64,000 bases of DNA from positions 264,678,001 to 264,742,000 of the forward strand of contig OZ024742.1 of assembly GCA_964016885.1 (NCBI GenBank), read 5' to 3'. Of the stretch, positions 13,091-25,004 are shown piece by piece (the stretch's first letter is position 1; the number at the start of each line of letters is the position of its first letter). A program made the position numbers and the translations under genes. This stretch comes from Eledone cirrhosa (lineage: Eukaryota). Below the pieces are notes generated by a model. That model had not been told where the DNA came from, made no database searches, and saw nothing but the letters and a program-made list of their open reading frames with translations.

Positions 13091-14360
13091 CAGACAGCTG
13101 AAGAGTCCTCCTGCTCTTTGTACTTATTAAATTGGTACAAAATTTCAAATCTTCACTATACCACTAATCATCTTGATTTGGAGGATGCTGATCGGTTTGT
13201 TTTGTTCTTTCTTGGAAAACCCCAGTATGTCCTGTCTTTTATGCAAATCTCTTCTTACATACTCCACCTGGTATGGGATCCTTGAATATATCAGTACTGA
13301 AATTTCATTTATGCAGAGTACATTGGTCAAAATACACTACCTTTATTCTTTGTAATTTTTAACTTTAAGGCAGCAGTAATTTTATCAATAACGACTACTA
13401 CTCTTTGATTGAACATCTAAAATTACTTAATAATTATCCAACTGACCAGTCAATGCTGCTGTATTTCCATTGATATGTGCCAATCACTTGATGAATCAAT
13501 GATTATCTAGTGAATACATTTTTACCAGCCAAATATTTACTGTGTTATATCATCATGCAGGGCTACATTGTGTCCCTAGCATACATCTAGTATCCCTGGT
13601 ATATATACATGCAGTGTCCTTAGCATATACACTATATACATCTCTCAATAGGTTCCATGTTCAGGTATAATTCAGTGCCATAAGAAGCAGGAGAGAATGA
13701 AATGCTGATTATTTTCCTGTAAACATGAAGAAGACAAAAAAATCTTAAGCACCTATTTTTATTTATATTTATATTTTTTATAGAGAAATGCAATCAAAAA
13801 TAAAAGTTCAAAAAAAAAAGTCAAGATATTCTATCATTCTCTTTGACATCACAGCATTTATTTTATATGTTATCCTTCTTGGTTATAGTTGATAGCTTCT
13901 TCTGTTTTTTAATTAACTTCTGTTACATTGTTCTCATCACTTCCACTTAGTGTCATTTTACTTCCAATTTTTATTTCTTATTTACCTCTAAAATAACAAT
14001 GATTTACAAGAGGCTGCCTACAGTTACATGTGTATAGTGGTATTGATAAGCTGAGGGTGGTTAGAAATACTGTCAAAAACATCAAACAGTAATATGTAGT
14101 GTAATACAGATGAGTGCCAGTCTATGTATATGAGTGTGTATGTGTGCACATGCATATTTGCTTTATTTTATGTAATTTAGTGGGACAATATATGAGCATT
14201 GGAAATATACATATAAATATATGTGTATGTGTGTGTTTATACACACACACACACACACACACCATATATATGTGTGTGTGTGTGTGTCTGATGGTAGCTA
14301 AGATGCTTCCATAGGCAGTATGCTGGTTGAGCACTCTATGCTCTTACAGAGCAGAGTATG

Positions 14361-14655
14361 ATAGAATAGAAATCGAAAAATCAGTGAAGCATCTAAACTC
14401 AATTTATTGTGTTACAATTGTTTCACCGGCGGACAGCTCGAGACACGATCATTGTGTGGATCTGTCTGATTCTGGACACATCTAATGATTTCGGAGCATA
14501 TGCTCCGAAATCATTAGGCGTGTCCATTGAACCTGCGGGTCAAGAATCAGACAGATCCACACAATGATCGTGTCTTGAGCTGTCCGCCGGTGAAACAATT
14601 GTAACACAATAAATTGAGTTCAGATGCATCACTGAGTTTTCGTTTTCTATTCTAT
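14361..14655. repeat. Fold-back palindrome with Y-shaped centre, probably a Penelope-like terminus
   Basis: Arms ~14361-14473 and ~14543-14655 are near-perfect reverse complements. The centre holds two hairpins (14474-14525 and 14527-14543). The right arm carries GCCGGT-GAAAC-AATT-GTA-ACAC, the 3' half of a hammerhead. Confidence 0.85.
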
Positions 14656-14811
14656 ATATATATATATATCTATATCTATAGTGGTTGTTAGCATTAATTT
14701 TGGCAAAAAGGACTGCAACAATATTAAATCTTAAACAAGTGCACCACTTACACTATGTATTTTATTGCAGTTGATGTATTTCGGATGTTAATAATTTGAT
14801 TAATTATTAGA

Positions 14812-15235
14812 GTGGGGGCTTCGTAGTGTCAGTAGAATGGATACTGGTATTTCTACATACGGAGTTCAAATCCTGCCATGGTTGACTTTACTTTTCATTC
14901 TTCCAAGGTCAATAGTGTATCAGCCAAATACTGAGGTTGATATAATCAACTTTTCCCCCAAAAATTCTGACCTTTTGCCAATATTAGAAAGAATTATTAT
15001 TGTCTTTATTATTTTAGCTTGGGCAGTGGATTGGCAGAATCATTAAAGCATTGGACAAATGCTTCACAGTATTTTTTCTTGCTCTTTACATTCAGAGTTC
15101 AAATCCCATTGAGGTCAACTTTGCCTTTCATCCTTTTGAAGTTGTTAAATAAAATAACAGTGAAGTACTGGGATCAATATAATCAATTTCCTTTCTGCAC
15201 AAATTACTGGCCTTGTGCCTAAATTAGAAGTCATT
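14812..15235 (+). mobile_element. Two tandem copies of a tRNA-derived SINE (third family, (ATT)n tail)
   Basis: GAGTTCAAATCC box B, GGTCAACTTTGCCTTTCATCCTT core, AATTACTGGCCTTGTGCCTAAATTAGAA tail; the core resembles the MetaSINE-type conserved domain (from memory). Confidence 0.75.
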
Positions 15236-15917
15236 ATTTTAACTATTTTTTAGCCTTCTTTTAGTCTTTAGACTTGGTATATATGGTTTCTTCATAACAT
15301 TCCCCATCTTACTAAACAAAAGTATTCCACCATCATTTTCATACGAAGCTGTAGGGTAGGTAATAAACTGGTTGATTCGTCAAGCATTAAAAAGTAGATA
15401 TAGTGCATATTTACTACAATTATCAGTTGTGGCAAATTACTGTTGATAAGTTTCATTATCTAGATGCTAGGATACATGCCTGCTAGTTATGTATCTCTAG
15501 GATAATTACAGCCAATTGTATCATCTCACTCACCTGAACTACCACTACCTTCATCATTGCTACTAGCACCACCATTACTACTACCACCATCCTCTCTACT
15601 ACACCACCACAACCACGAACTTCTACTACTACTACACTTTCTTCTACCAGCGCTACAATGACAATTAAAAAACTCTGATGTCTTTTTCACCACATTACTA
15701 TCACCATCACTACTAGAACCTCTGTTGTCCCTACCATTATTATAATTACATACACAAACTACTGTTATAACCACTACAATTACCACCAACTAATACTGTT
15801 GTGGATATCACTATTCTATGTTCATCCATTAGCACTATTTACATTCATTCTCTCTCTTTACTGTTACAAACTACTGTTGCAGCTCCACCTCCATCAACAC
15901 AAACAAACATACAAACG

Positions 15918-16370
15918 TACAAGGTCTGTTGAAAAAGTATCCAACCTTCAAGTTGGGAGGAAAATAATTATGTACCACCATACATTTAGCCCAGCAATCC
16001 AGCCAATGTTTGAAGCATGCCTGAAACACTTCTGGAATGGATTTCAGCCTGGACATTACAGTCCATATGATGTTATTTTGTCTCTCAAAGAAGTCAGAAT
16101 GTGTCATATCTGATGTGCCAAACTGCATCACAAAGCTTTTGTGGGACTTCCTTTGTAAACCTTGGTAATTGAAGAAAACAGTCAGCATCTCCTTGGTTTT
16201 GCTCCACACTTGACATGCTTTTTGAGGTCTTAGCAATGCTTGATTCTTCCACAGAAATGACTGACCTTTGATTTCAGAGTCATACCTATTGACACATGTC
16301 TTATATCTAGTTATCATTGTATTCAGGAACTCAGAATCCTTGTTAGCAGAATGGTTACAACTGAAATGAT
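15918..16370 (-). mobile_element. Mariner transposase relic with one TIR
   Basis: RYDSEIKGQSFLWK..RPQKACQVWSKTKEMLTVFFNYQG and LKSIPEVFQACFKHWLDCWAKCM resemble mariner DD34D transposases; TA+CAAGGTCTGTTGAAAAAGTATCCAACC at 15918 is a mariner-type TIR. Confidence 0.8.
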
Positions 16371-16418
16371 TTTAAATATCTTCTTGGTTATGACTCACCT
16401 GCACTAGTCAACAATAAC

Positions 16419-16598
<180 letters not shown>

Positions 16599-16904
16599 CA
16601 ATTATCAAAGAATTCCTCTGTAATTCAATAATATGAAAACAAATTTCCAAATTTAAAAAGAATTTCTGAATCTGAAAAGTTTTTTTGTGATGCAGATGAT
16701 ACTGATGGTGATAACAACTATTGTAATGATGATGATAATGGTGGTGGAGATTGTAGTGTTGGTGGCAGTGATACTACTGGGGGTGATGGTGATGATTCAT
16801 TATATAGTAGTGGTGGGGTGATTTGGCAGGCTTAACAGTTAAGTTAGTCATGGGGAAATGTCTACATAATCATTTATTTATTAGTAGCTCATTATTGGAT
16901 TGGC

Positions 16905-18372
16905 CGAATGGGTAGATTGTCAAATAAAATGCATTACCATGTTTAGTTGTATCCCCTTACAGTGGTTAACTTTGCCATTAATCCTTTTGGGATCAATAAA
17001 ATAATGTACTAGTCTTAATTGGCTTTCATCTGCCTCCAAAATTGCTGGCCTTGTTCCTAAATTAGAAACCATTAAGGATGATGGATCAGCAGAATCATGG
17101 GATTCTTGACTAACATTCTTTAAGGTATTTGTCCTGTCTCTATACTTTCTAGGCTCAAATACTGCTGATGTCAATATTGCCTTTCATCATTTTGGAGTCA
17201 ATAAAATAAAGTACCTGCCAAGTGCTGGAGTCAATACAATTGACATCTCGCCTCAAATTGCTGACCTTGTGCCTAAATTAGAAACCATTATTAGTATACA
17301 TCCCGCCGAGGTTAACTTTGCCTATCATCCTTACGTGGTCGATAAAATAAAGTACCAGTAATACACTGGTTAATTGCTGGCCTTGTGCCAAAAGTAGAAA
17401 CAATTATTAGTATACACCCTCATCATCATTTAATAACCGTTTTCACTTCAATCAAGAGTTAGATTGGATTGTTGCAGACGAAGTCGGTACTTAATTGGAG
17501 CCCCTGACTTCTGAAATGGCATGGGGACCAGCATTTTGATTATATATGTTCCTGCATTCTACAGATTGCACTGGATGTGTTTTATTATGACACCAGGTGG
17601 GGTAGTTATATCTTTAACACCTGAAGAGCCCTGTCCACCCTTTTCTTTGGCAGGTTTACTACAGCTGGAATGCCCTCCCTATTGTCAACCACTTTATAGA
17701 GTACAGTGGGCAGGTTTATTGTGTAGATAACCAATGCTAGAGAGGTTGTGGTGCCCTTCATACAACTGAAACATCCTTTGAAGCCTTTTTGGTATTATTA
17801 TTATTGGTAAAGGCAGTCGGACACCATGCTTTCCAGCATAGTTACGTCCCTTTACGATCTGAGTTCAAATCCCGCCGAGGTTGACTTTGCCTTTCATCCT
17901 TACGGGGTCGATTAAATAAAGTACTAGTAATGTACTGGGTAATTGCTGGCTTTGTGCCTAAAGTAGAAACAATTATTGGTAAAGGCAGTATTTTTTCCAA
18001 CTGTTTACATTCTGAGTTCAAATCCTTCCAAGGTCAACTTGCCTCTCTTCCTTTCAAGGTCGATAAAATAAAGTACCAGTTAAGTACTGGGGTTGGTATA
18101 ATCGACTTTACCCTCCTCACAAATTGCTGCCCTTGTACCTGAAGTACAAATCATTATTATTGGTAAAGGTAGTGGATTGGCAGAAAAATGCCTTGTGGGA
18201 TATGTTCCTGATTTTGCATTTTGAGTTCAAATCCTGTACAGGTCAAGTTTGCTCTCCATCATTCCAGTGTCAATAAACCACCAAATAAGTACTGGGATTG
18301 ATATAATCAACTCTCTGCCCCCCCCCCCCCCAAATTGGTGACATCATGCCTAAATTAGAAACCATAATTATT
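16905..18372 (+). mobile_element. Tandem array of at least six copies of SINE family 3 (first copy inverted), with an RTE-tail fragment at ~17420-17790
   Basis: Repeated units of (GAGTTCAAAT)CCCGCCGAGGTTGACTTTGCCTTTCATCCTTACGGGGTCGA..AAATAAAGTAC..AATTGCTGGCCTTGTGCC..AGAAAC..ATTATT. Confidence 0.8.
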
Positions 18373-19109
18373 ATTGGTGGTGGTGGTAATATTGGTAGCT
18401 AGAAGAGTAGCAGCAGCAGCAGCAGCAGTAACAACAGCACCAGCAGCAACAGCAGCATCTAAAGATGAACCTTCTTATTAACCCCAGAGTAATGGGATAG
18501 ATGCTCAAATCTTCTAAAGCCCTTTGTTGGTAAAAATAATTTCTTTATAAGGTAATCCTGAAAGAAGATATCTTGAAGGAACTTTGTGAAATGTGATCAT
18601 TTACAGAAAACAATGATTAGAATAATGAGGAGGAGGAGGAGAAGAAGGAGGAGAAGGAGGAGGAGGAGGAGGAGGTGGATGATACCATCAATGAGGTTTT
18701 AGATCAGTTTTCTCAGCATAAGAATTGTTGAGGAAATTGCAATATATTACTGATACTTAATTCATAGACACCAAAAAATAAAAGGTTTGCTGTTGACATC
18801 TACATCTTCATTACCTTTAATAAAATGGCATAAACAAGAGAGAAGTCGTAGAAAGATAGGAAATAAGATAGTTGGAAAATTAAAATCCTCTTTAAATATT
18901 TACAGTGTTGCTATTTTAGTCATTTATTTGACATTTTGTTTGTGAGTAATTGTTACAAACAAGACATTTATAATGTGTCTTCTGCCCATATATATACAAA
19001 CATACACTAATCTACACACACATATAGAAATTGGTCTGTTTCATGTAAAGTCCATATAGTTGATCATTTCCTGTTTTGGGACTTTGATTTATGTATATGT
19101 ATATGTATA

Positions 19110-19111
19110 TC

Positions 19112-19167
<56 letters not shown>

Positions 19168-19221
19168 CATTTATCTATTTATCTATCTATCTATCAAATA
19201 AAGAAATATATCTATCTATCT
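19110..19221. repeat. (TATC)n microsatellite containing a tiny Tx1 3'-end remnant
   Basis: TATC repeats interrupted at ~19196-19207 by AAATAAAGAAAT, the same terminus seen at ~22895, ~23282 and ~58895. Confidence 0.85.
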
Positions 19222-22200
19222 ATGGCCGAAGCAAATGCACCTACTTCTTTGTCAATACAAGAAGATGGGAAGGGAAAGCCATGCCTATTTGACCAACAGG
19301 TAGTAGCAGACATGGACAAAGGAATGCCAACATTATTGCCTCAACATTTAGAAGAGGAACAAGCTTCAGCTGCTTGTAAGCAACTGAACACGCCTGACGC
19401 CACAAACGTCACATGTATCCACACACAGAAGGAAGTATATTTAGCAAATACTAACACCACCTCAAGCAACAACAACAACAACACAATAAATGAGAACAAC
19501 AACAACACAACAAAAGGAATCAGTGGCAACACAACAAATGAGACCATCATCACCACCAACAACAACAATAACAAAATTTCATTTGCAGCAACCGTTGCTA
19601 AGCAACAGGATTTTAAATATTACTCTATGGACATTTCCCAAAAGTCCCAATATTTGGAAGAAGCTTCCAACTATGTGAGGTTTGAGGGAGACACCCCACA
19701 CATATACATACCCCACAAGTAAGAGAGATGACACAGAAAAAGAAACTAATTTATAGAACAGTTGACATCATTACCCAAAAAAACATAACGCTCCCAACAA
19801 GCACTATTGAAGCTGCACTAAAAGATATCAAGCCAGACGTGGCATACCTCCAAAGAGGTAAACAGTATGGAAGTGTGTCAGTAACTCTTCTTCACCAACA
19901 TGGCGACTATACAAGCTGGATGTTTGAATGTACGTGGCTTGGGCATGTCCTGGAAACAGGGCCAGCTTTTAAATGATCTCAGGTCACATTGTATAAATGT
20001 GATAGCCATCACCGAGTCCAGGATTCATGACAAGCAGCAGCTAACCCCCATGTTCGATGATTTTGAGATCTACGCATCTCTCTGTCAGCCAGGAGGTGGA
20101 GGGGAGTTGCTGTTCTGTTTCGAAAAAACTTGGATCTCAAAATACAGATGATTCACTTGGACCCGGAGTGCAGCCTGGTGGTCCTGGACGTGAATGGTAG
20201 TGAAGGTGGAGCTTTCAGAGTCGTGGCCGTATATGCCCCGACTGGGACATTGCGACCAGAGTTCTTCAAGCGTCTGGAGCCATTCCTGGGAATGTCTCGC
20301 TCCTTAGTGTTAGCGGGGGACTTGAATGGCATATTAGACCTACGTTGGGACTATGTAGGAGCTTGTGATAATAGAGGGGGGTGTAATAACCACAAAAATC
20401 TCATCAGCCCATTCCAACTGGCTGATAGTTATCGACTAGACTTCCCAAGTGCACCACTGTGGACGTGGAGCAACTGCACTGGGTCTTCTAGATCGTATTT
20501 AGATAGATTTTTAATTAGACAGAATGATAAGGAAACATTAAACAAACATTAAGCTGTCCACAAATGCACATGGTTGCCTATTCAGACCACGAATTAGTCA
20601 CCTGTGTAGTCAACCTTGATAGAACAGATAGACAGGGACCCGGATACTGGAAGCTAAACATGTCACTCCTGACGCGTAAGGCCTACAGTAAACAGATTAG
20701 CACTTTGGTTAAGTGCCAGTTGACGGGGACGATCGTCAACAACAGGTGGTGGAGTTCTCTCAAGAGAGCAATTAGAATAGAATTGATAGCATTTAGCAAG
20801 GAAGTAGCTTTAGAAAAAAAACAAAACTGAAAAGGAACTGGTAGCTAAAATAGATTTAGCACTTAGGAATGGCAGTACAGCTGACATGCTAGTGACGAGA
20901 ATGGCACTAGACCAGTTCTTCAACCTGAAACACAAAGGTTGTATTGTCAGAAGTAGAACATGTGCTCTAAGAAACGAGGGAGCCAAAGCTGTTAGCTGGG
21001 CCCGAGTGGCAGAGGCGAAGAATGGCAACAAATCCACAATTCGGTCTTTGCAAGACAAAGATGGACTCATTATACTTGAATCCAAGCAGATGTGCACGGC
21101 CTTCCAGCAGCATTTTGCACAACTGTTCAAGAAAAGCGATACATCGAGCGAAGTGATGGACTTCAGCTCCTACCTCGACGGCGTACCGCGACTCTCGAGC
21201 ACAGATGCAGTGAGCTGCGAAAGGCCGATCACAGCGGGCAAAATAGAAGATGCCCTAGGCCGCTGCGGGAAATGCAAATCACCCGGTTTAGATGGTCTAC
21301 CCTATGAGTTTTACATAGGCATGCCAGAGTTGTTCTCTGGCATCCTCGAAGCAGTCACTGCAACTGGCAGCAGAACGGGAGGATTCCCAGTTCTGTAAGC
21401 AGAGGCATAGTAATGCTGATCAGGAAAGATGAGAATAAGAGGGTTGAGATAAGCAATTTCAGGCCCATAACTCTGCTCAACACAGAGTTAAAGATTTTGG
21501 CCAAGGTGTTAGCAACAAGGCTGGCACTTGTCGTCGAGAACCTGGTAGTGGAAGCCCAAATGTGTGCAATCCCGACCAGGTCCATACATGACAACCTCCA
21601 CCTCATGCGATACATCATAGAGAGGGTAGGGTGTAAACCTGGCTTCGGTGGGGCTCTGATCAATTTAGATCAGTCTAAGGCATTTGATAGAGTCGACCAT
21701 CAATACTTGGAAGCGGTTCTCAAGGCGGCCAGCTTTGGTCCCGTCTTCAGAGGCTGGATCGCTGCCATGCACACCAACATCTGCTCAGCAGTCAAGGTGA
21801 ATGGCTACCTAACAGCCATTCCAAATCATGCGTTCCATCCGTCAGGGATGCCCTCTCTCCTCCATTCTGTATGTACTGACTCGAGCAATTACTGTAGAAG
21901 TTGGAACTGTTGCAGGGAATCCCGATCAAACCAGGACTGCGGAAAGCAGCGTTGGCCTATGCTGACGACATAACTGTAATGGTGTCGAAAATCTCGGAAA
22001 TTGGGGTAATCAGCAACCTATTACAGTATACAAAACGTTGACAGGAGCAAGACTAAACCCAAACAAGTCTGTCAGTTTGCAACCCAGCACATGGAGAGGC
22101 AAACGCATGCCTTCCGACAGTGTCGTTGGACGCTGGACGGAAGGACCGGTGAAATTACTAGGGGTCTGGTTTGGTCCCGACCTCCAGGTGGACAAGAACT

Positions 22201-22905
22201 GGAAGAGGTCACGGCGAAGGTGTTTGCACTCACCCAGAAGTGGGCTGAGTGCAAACTCTCCTTGAAAGGTTGAGCAGAGGTGGTGAACACTTACATAGCG
22301 TCCGTCATCTACTACCGTTTGACAGTCATGCCTTGCCCCCACGAATACCTTACCAAAATGGAATGCCTACTCTTCAAGTTCCTCTGGAAGAAACAAGCTC
22401 CATTGGTGAGGAGATCTATCTGCTGCCAATACCCTTCTAAAACACGCGCTGAGGCTACGACATCTCCAGGTATTCCTGACCGGTGAACCGGTGTGGCTGT
22501 CGTTTGTGAGACAAGCTCTTCCACAACTTGTATCACTTCAGAAGGAAGGTGAGAGTGGCGAAAGAGGTGCTACACCCCAGTAAATTCGCTGAAAGGTAGG
22601 TGAATGTGGCGAAAATGGCCCGGGTGAATGGGCCTTCTCTGTATATAAACCTGTAGGTTGAGGAAGATAAACAGAGGGAAGACAGGAACACCTATAAAAC
22701 GTGTTCCTGGTGTTGAGGGTTGTTCTATCCATGGGGTGTAAAACAACCCTGCAGTAACGTTCCCCCCTATTAGGGATTTCAATTGTTATTTTATTATATA
22801 TAGTTTATTGTTATTTATTAATGTTAAAGTTATTTTTATGTAAAACCCCTGCCGTCACGTCTTGTAATGTCCCATTTTTGTATGCCCCTGTGGCAAATAA
22901 AGAAA
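19222..22905 (+). mobile_element. Tx1/L1-clade non-LTR retrotransposon, decayed, with internal deletions
   Basis: ORF1 relic from ATG 19222. ORF2 from 19900: APE endonuclease (CLNVRGL, AITES, VYAP, LAGDLN, YLDRF, SDH), GPGYWKLN, and RT (KSPGLDGLPYEFY, NFRPITLLNTELKILAKVLA, LDQSKAFDRVDH, AYADD). Ends CCCCTGTGGCAAATAAAGAAA into (TATC)n. Confidence 0.92.
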
Positions 22906-22934
22906 GATATCTATCTATCTATCTATCTGTCTGT

Positions 22935-23292
22935 CTTTGGAAGAAGAATCAGGATGGAGAGAGAGGTGCTGTACCCCAGCAAGTTTTATGAAAGGTGGGT
23001 GAAAGTGGCGAGAATGGCCCGAGTGAATGGGCCTTCTCTCTATATCAGCCTGTAGGTTGAGGAAAAGAAGGAGAGGAAAGGAGTACAAACTCTTCGTACT
23101 CCTGGAGATGAGGGTTGCACATTTTTTTTCGGGGGTATGTGTTACCCATATAAACTGTCTCCCTCTGTTGGGGAAAATCGACTAACTTTTTAAATTCCAT
23201 TTGTGATAACATTTTACACGTTTTTATTGTATGTAAACTTCCCCCTTTGTACTTGTCCCCTTCTTTTGTGCCCCTGTGGCTAATAAAGAAAT
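22935..23292 (+). mobile_element. Second, 5'-truncated Tx1 3' end in tandem
   Basis: RRIRMEREVLYPSKFYERWVKVARMARVNG* is homologous to 22540-22640 and ends CCCCTGTGGCTAATAAAGAAA. Confidence 0.85.
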
Positions 23293-23849
23293 ATATCTGT
23301 CTGTCTGTCAGTGTGTATGTGTGTGTGTGTTTGTGCATGTGTTGTGTATGTGTGTGTGTTTATGTGCTTAACAATATGCAAATGTATATATTTGTGTGCA
23401 TATGTGTGTTTATCCACATAATAATGAACATAGTGTTTTTGTTCACTGTTGCACTAAGGATATAGTGGAGAAGTAGGTGGCTGTCAAATAGAGATTGAGT
23501 GACAAATAAAATGAGAGTGGAAGGATGAGGTGTTTATCAAACTGCCTTACCTGGCAAAGAGGAAAGAGTGAGTGAACACACAGTTTTTCTAAGAATAGAA
23601 TAGTGACCACTGATCTTCTGGGATAAGGATAGATATATGTAAATTATTCAATGTGTTTTAAAATAATATTGTAATATTTTTGTACATATAGTGTCATCAT
23701 CATCATGCATTTTACACCTGTTTTCCCATGCTTGTATGGGTTGGATGAGTGTTTTCCAACACAGTTTTCCCCCACTCCTTACATTACTTTGTCATATCCT
23801 CTGTTAAGTTCATTCTTAATTAAATTTTTATAACTGTCATTAAACCATT

Positions 23850-24130
23850 TGTTATATTTTTTTGAAACATACTATCTGCTACATCATCAATAGTCACACA
23901 TCTAATTTCCTCAGCACAGAACATAGTTGGCCATCTAGAATCTTCTTCATGCATGACACTTATGTAAATACTTTTGAATTTTTCAATCCAATTGTAGACA
24001 TTACATAGTAGCAAGCAGTGTTCTTATATGGTACTGAAGGATTTTGGTCCCTGCAGATATTCCTTTAGCTAATAGATAACAGATCACTCAGTGTTGCTCT
24101 TGTTTGGAAAAAAATAGAAAACAAAGTGAC
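23850..24130 (-). mobile_element. Mariner transposase N-terminal relic
   Basis: VYNWIEKFKS..SVMHEEDSRWPT..RCVTIDDVA resembles the mariner HTH region (VYEWIEKFKSGRTSV..GRPTT..RRVTIDEVA). Confidence 0.6.
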
Positions 24131-24494
24131 CATAATTAAAATATGAATAACTGATGTTTCAAGTTCAAACCCTGCACCACTGTGACTAGAGGGACATATA
24201 TCTAGTTATCATAGGCAGTTAATTTTCTAACCAAAAGGTGTAAAATTAGAATTGCCTACATCATTATTGTCATTATCATCATTTAACGCCTGTTTCCCTG
24301 TTAGTAATGGTCGAACGGCTCATCAGAGATCAAGTCAGTACTTTATCAGAAATACTAACCACTCAGATGGGCTTGGGGCCTACTTTTTACCTACATATGT
24401 TCCTGCAGTCTACAAAACGCACCAGGGGCATTTTATCATGACACCAGCACTAATAATCAATTGTTCGCATTCGAGTATATATATCTTTATGTAT

Positions 24495-25000
24495 ACTAGC
24501 AGAAAAACCAACCTTCGGGTGGTTTTCTGCTAGCATGTGTAGTGTGTATATTGATATTATACACAAATATATATACATGTGGATATGATCAAATAAAATC
24601 GTAATTGACAATATACACAGAAATTGAACTGTCTTATGTAATCAGTAACGTAATCCATGATACATTAAAAAAAGATGATATTATATATAAACTGCATTAG
24701 GAGAAAATTAGTATGTTTATTTAAGTGATCGTCACCGGAAGTATTGACATCACACACTACCTCTTTCTATATATATGGTAGTTGAAGTGGTGGCAATGAT
24801 ATACCGGAAGTGCAACTTTGAAAAGAAGTCAATTTTAAATTATTTATTTTTACGAAATTATTTTTGTTTACGAAATTTAGTAGATAAATTATGTAATATT
24901 CATTCATTATTTATTCAAAGTAATCCAACTTATTTTACTAACGGGATAAAAAAAAAACTGTACGCAGTCCCGCAGACCTTCCTTTATTATAGTTTATATA
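24495..25000 (-). mobile_element. Non-autonomous Helitron-like element
   Basis: Minus-strand 3' end is a hairpin followed by CTAG-T (plus-strand ACTAGCAGAAAAACC..GGTTTTCTGCTAG, 24495-24533), the same TCTGCTAGT terminus as the Helitron at 49173-49181; AT-rich start near 24995. Confidence 0.55.
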
Positions 25001-25004
25001 TATA

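Noticed and set aside
14481-14517. Hammerhead in the palindrome centre (CTAATGA..GAAA)
   Set aside because: The core lacks the invariant G, and the motif is explained by the palindrome itself.
14361-14655. Endogenous parvovirus/densovirus ITR
   Set aside because: The shape is similar but no NS1/Rep or capsid remnants are visible nearby; the hammerhead half points to a Penelope-like origin.
15526-15789. Gly/Ser-rich ORF
   Set aside because: Degenerate (CTA/CCA)n low-complexity sequence.
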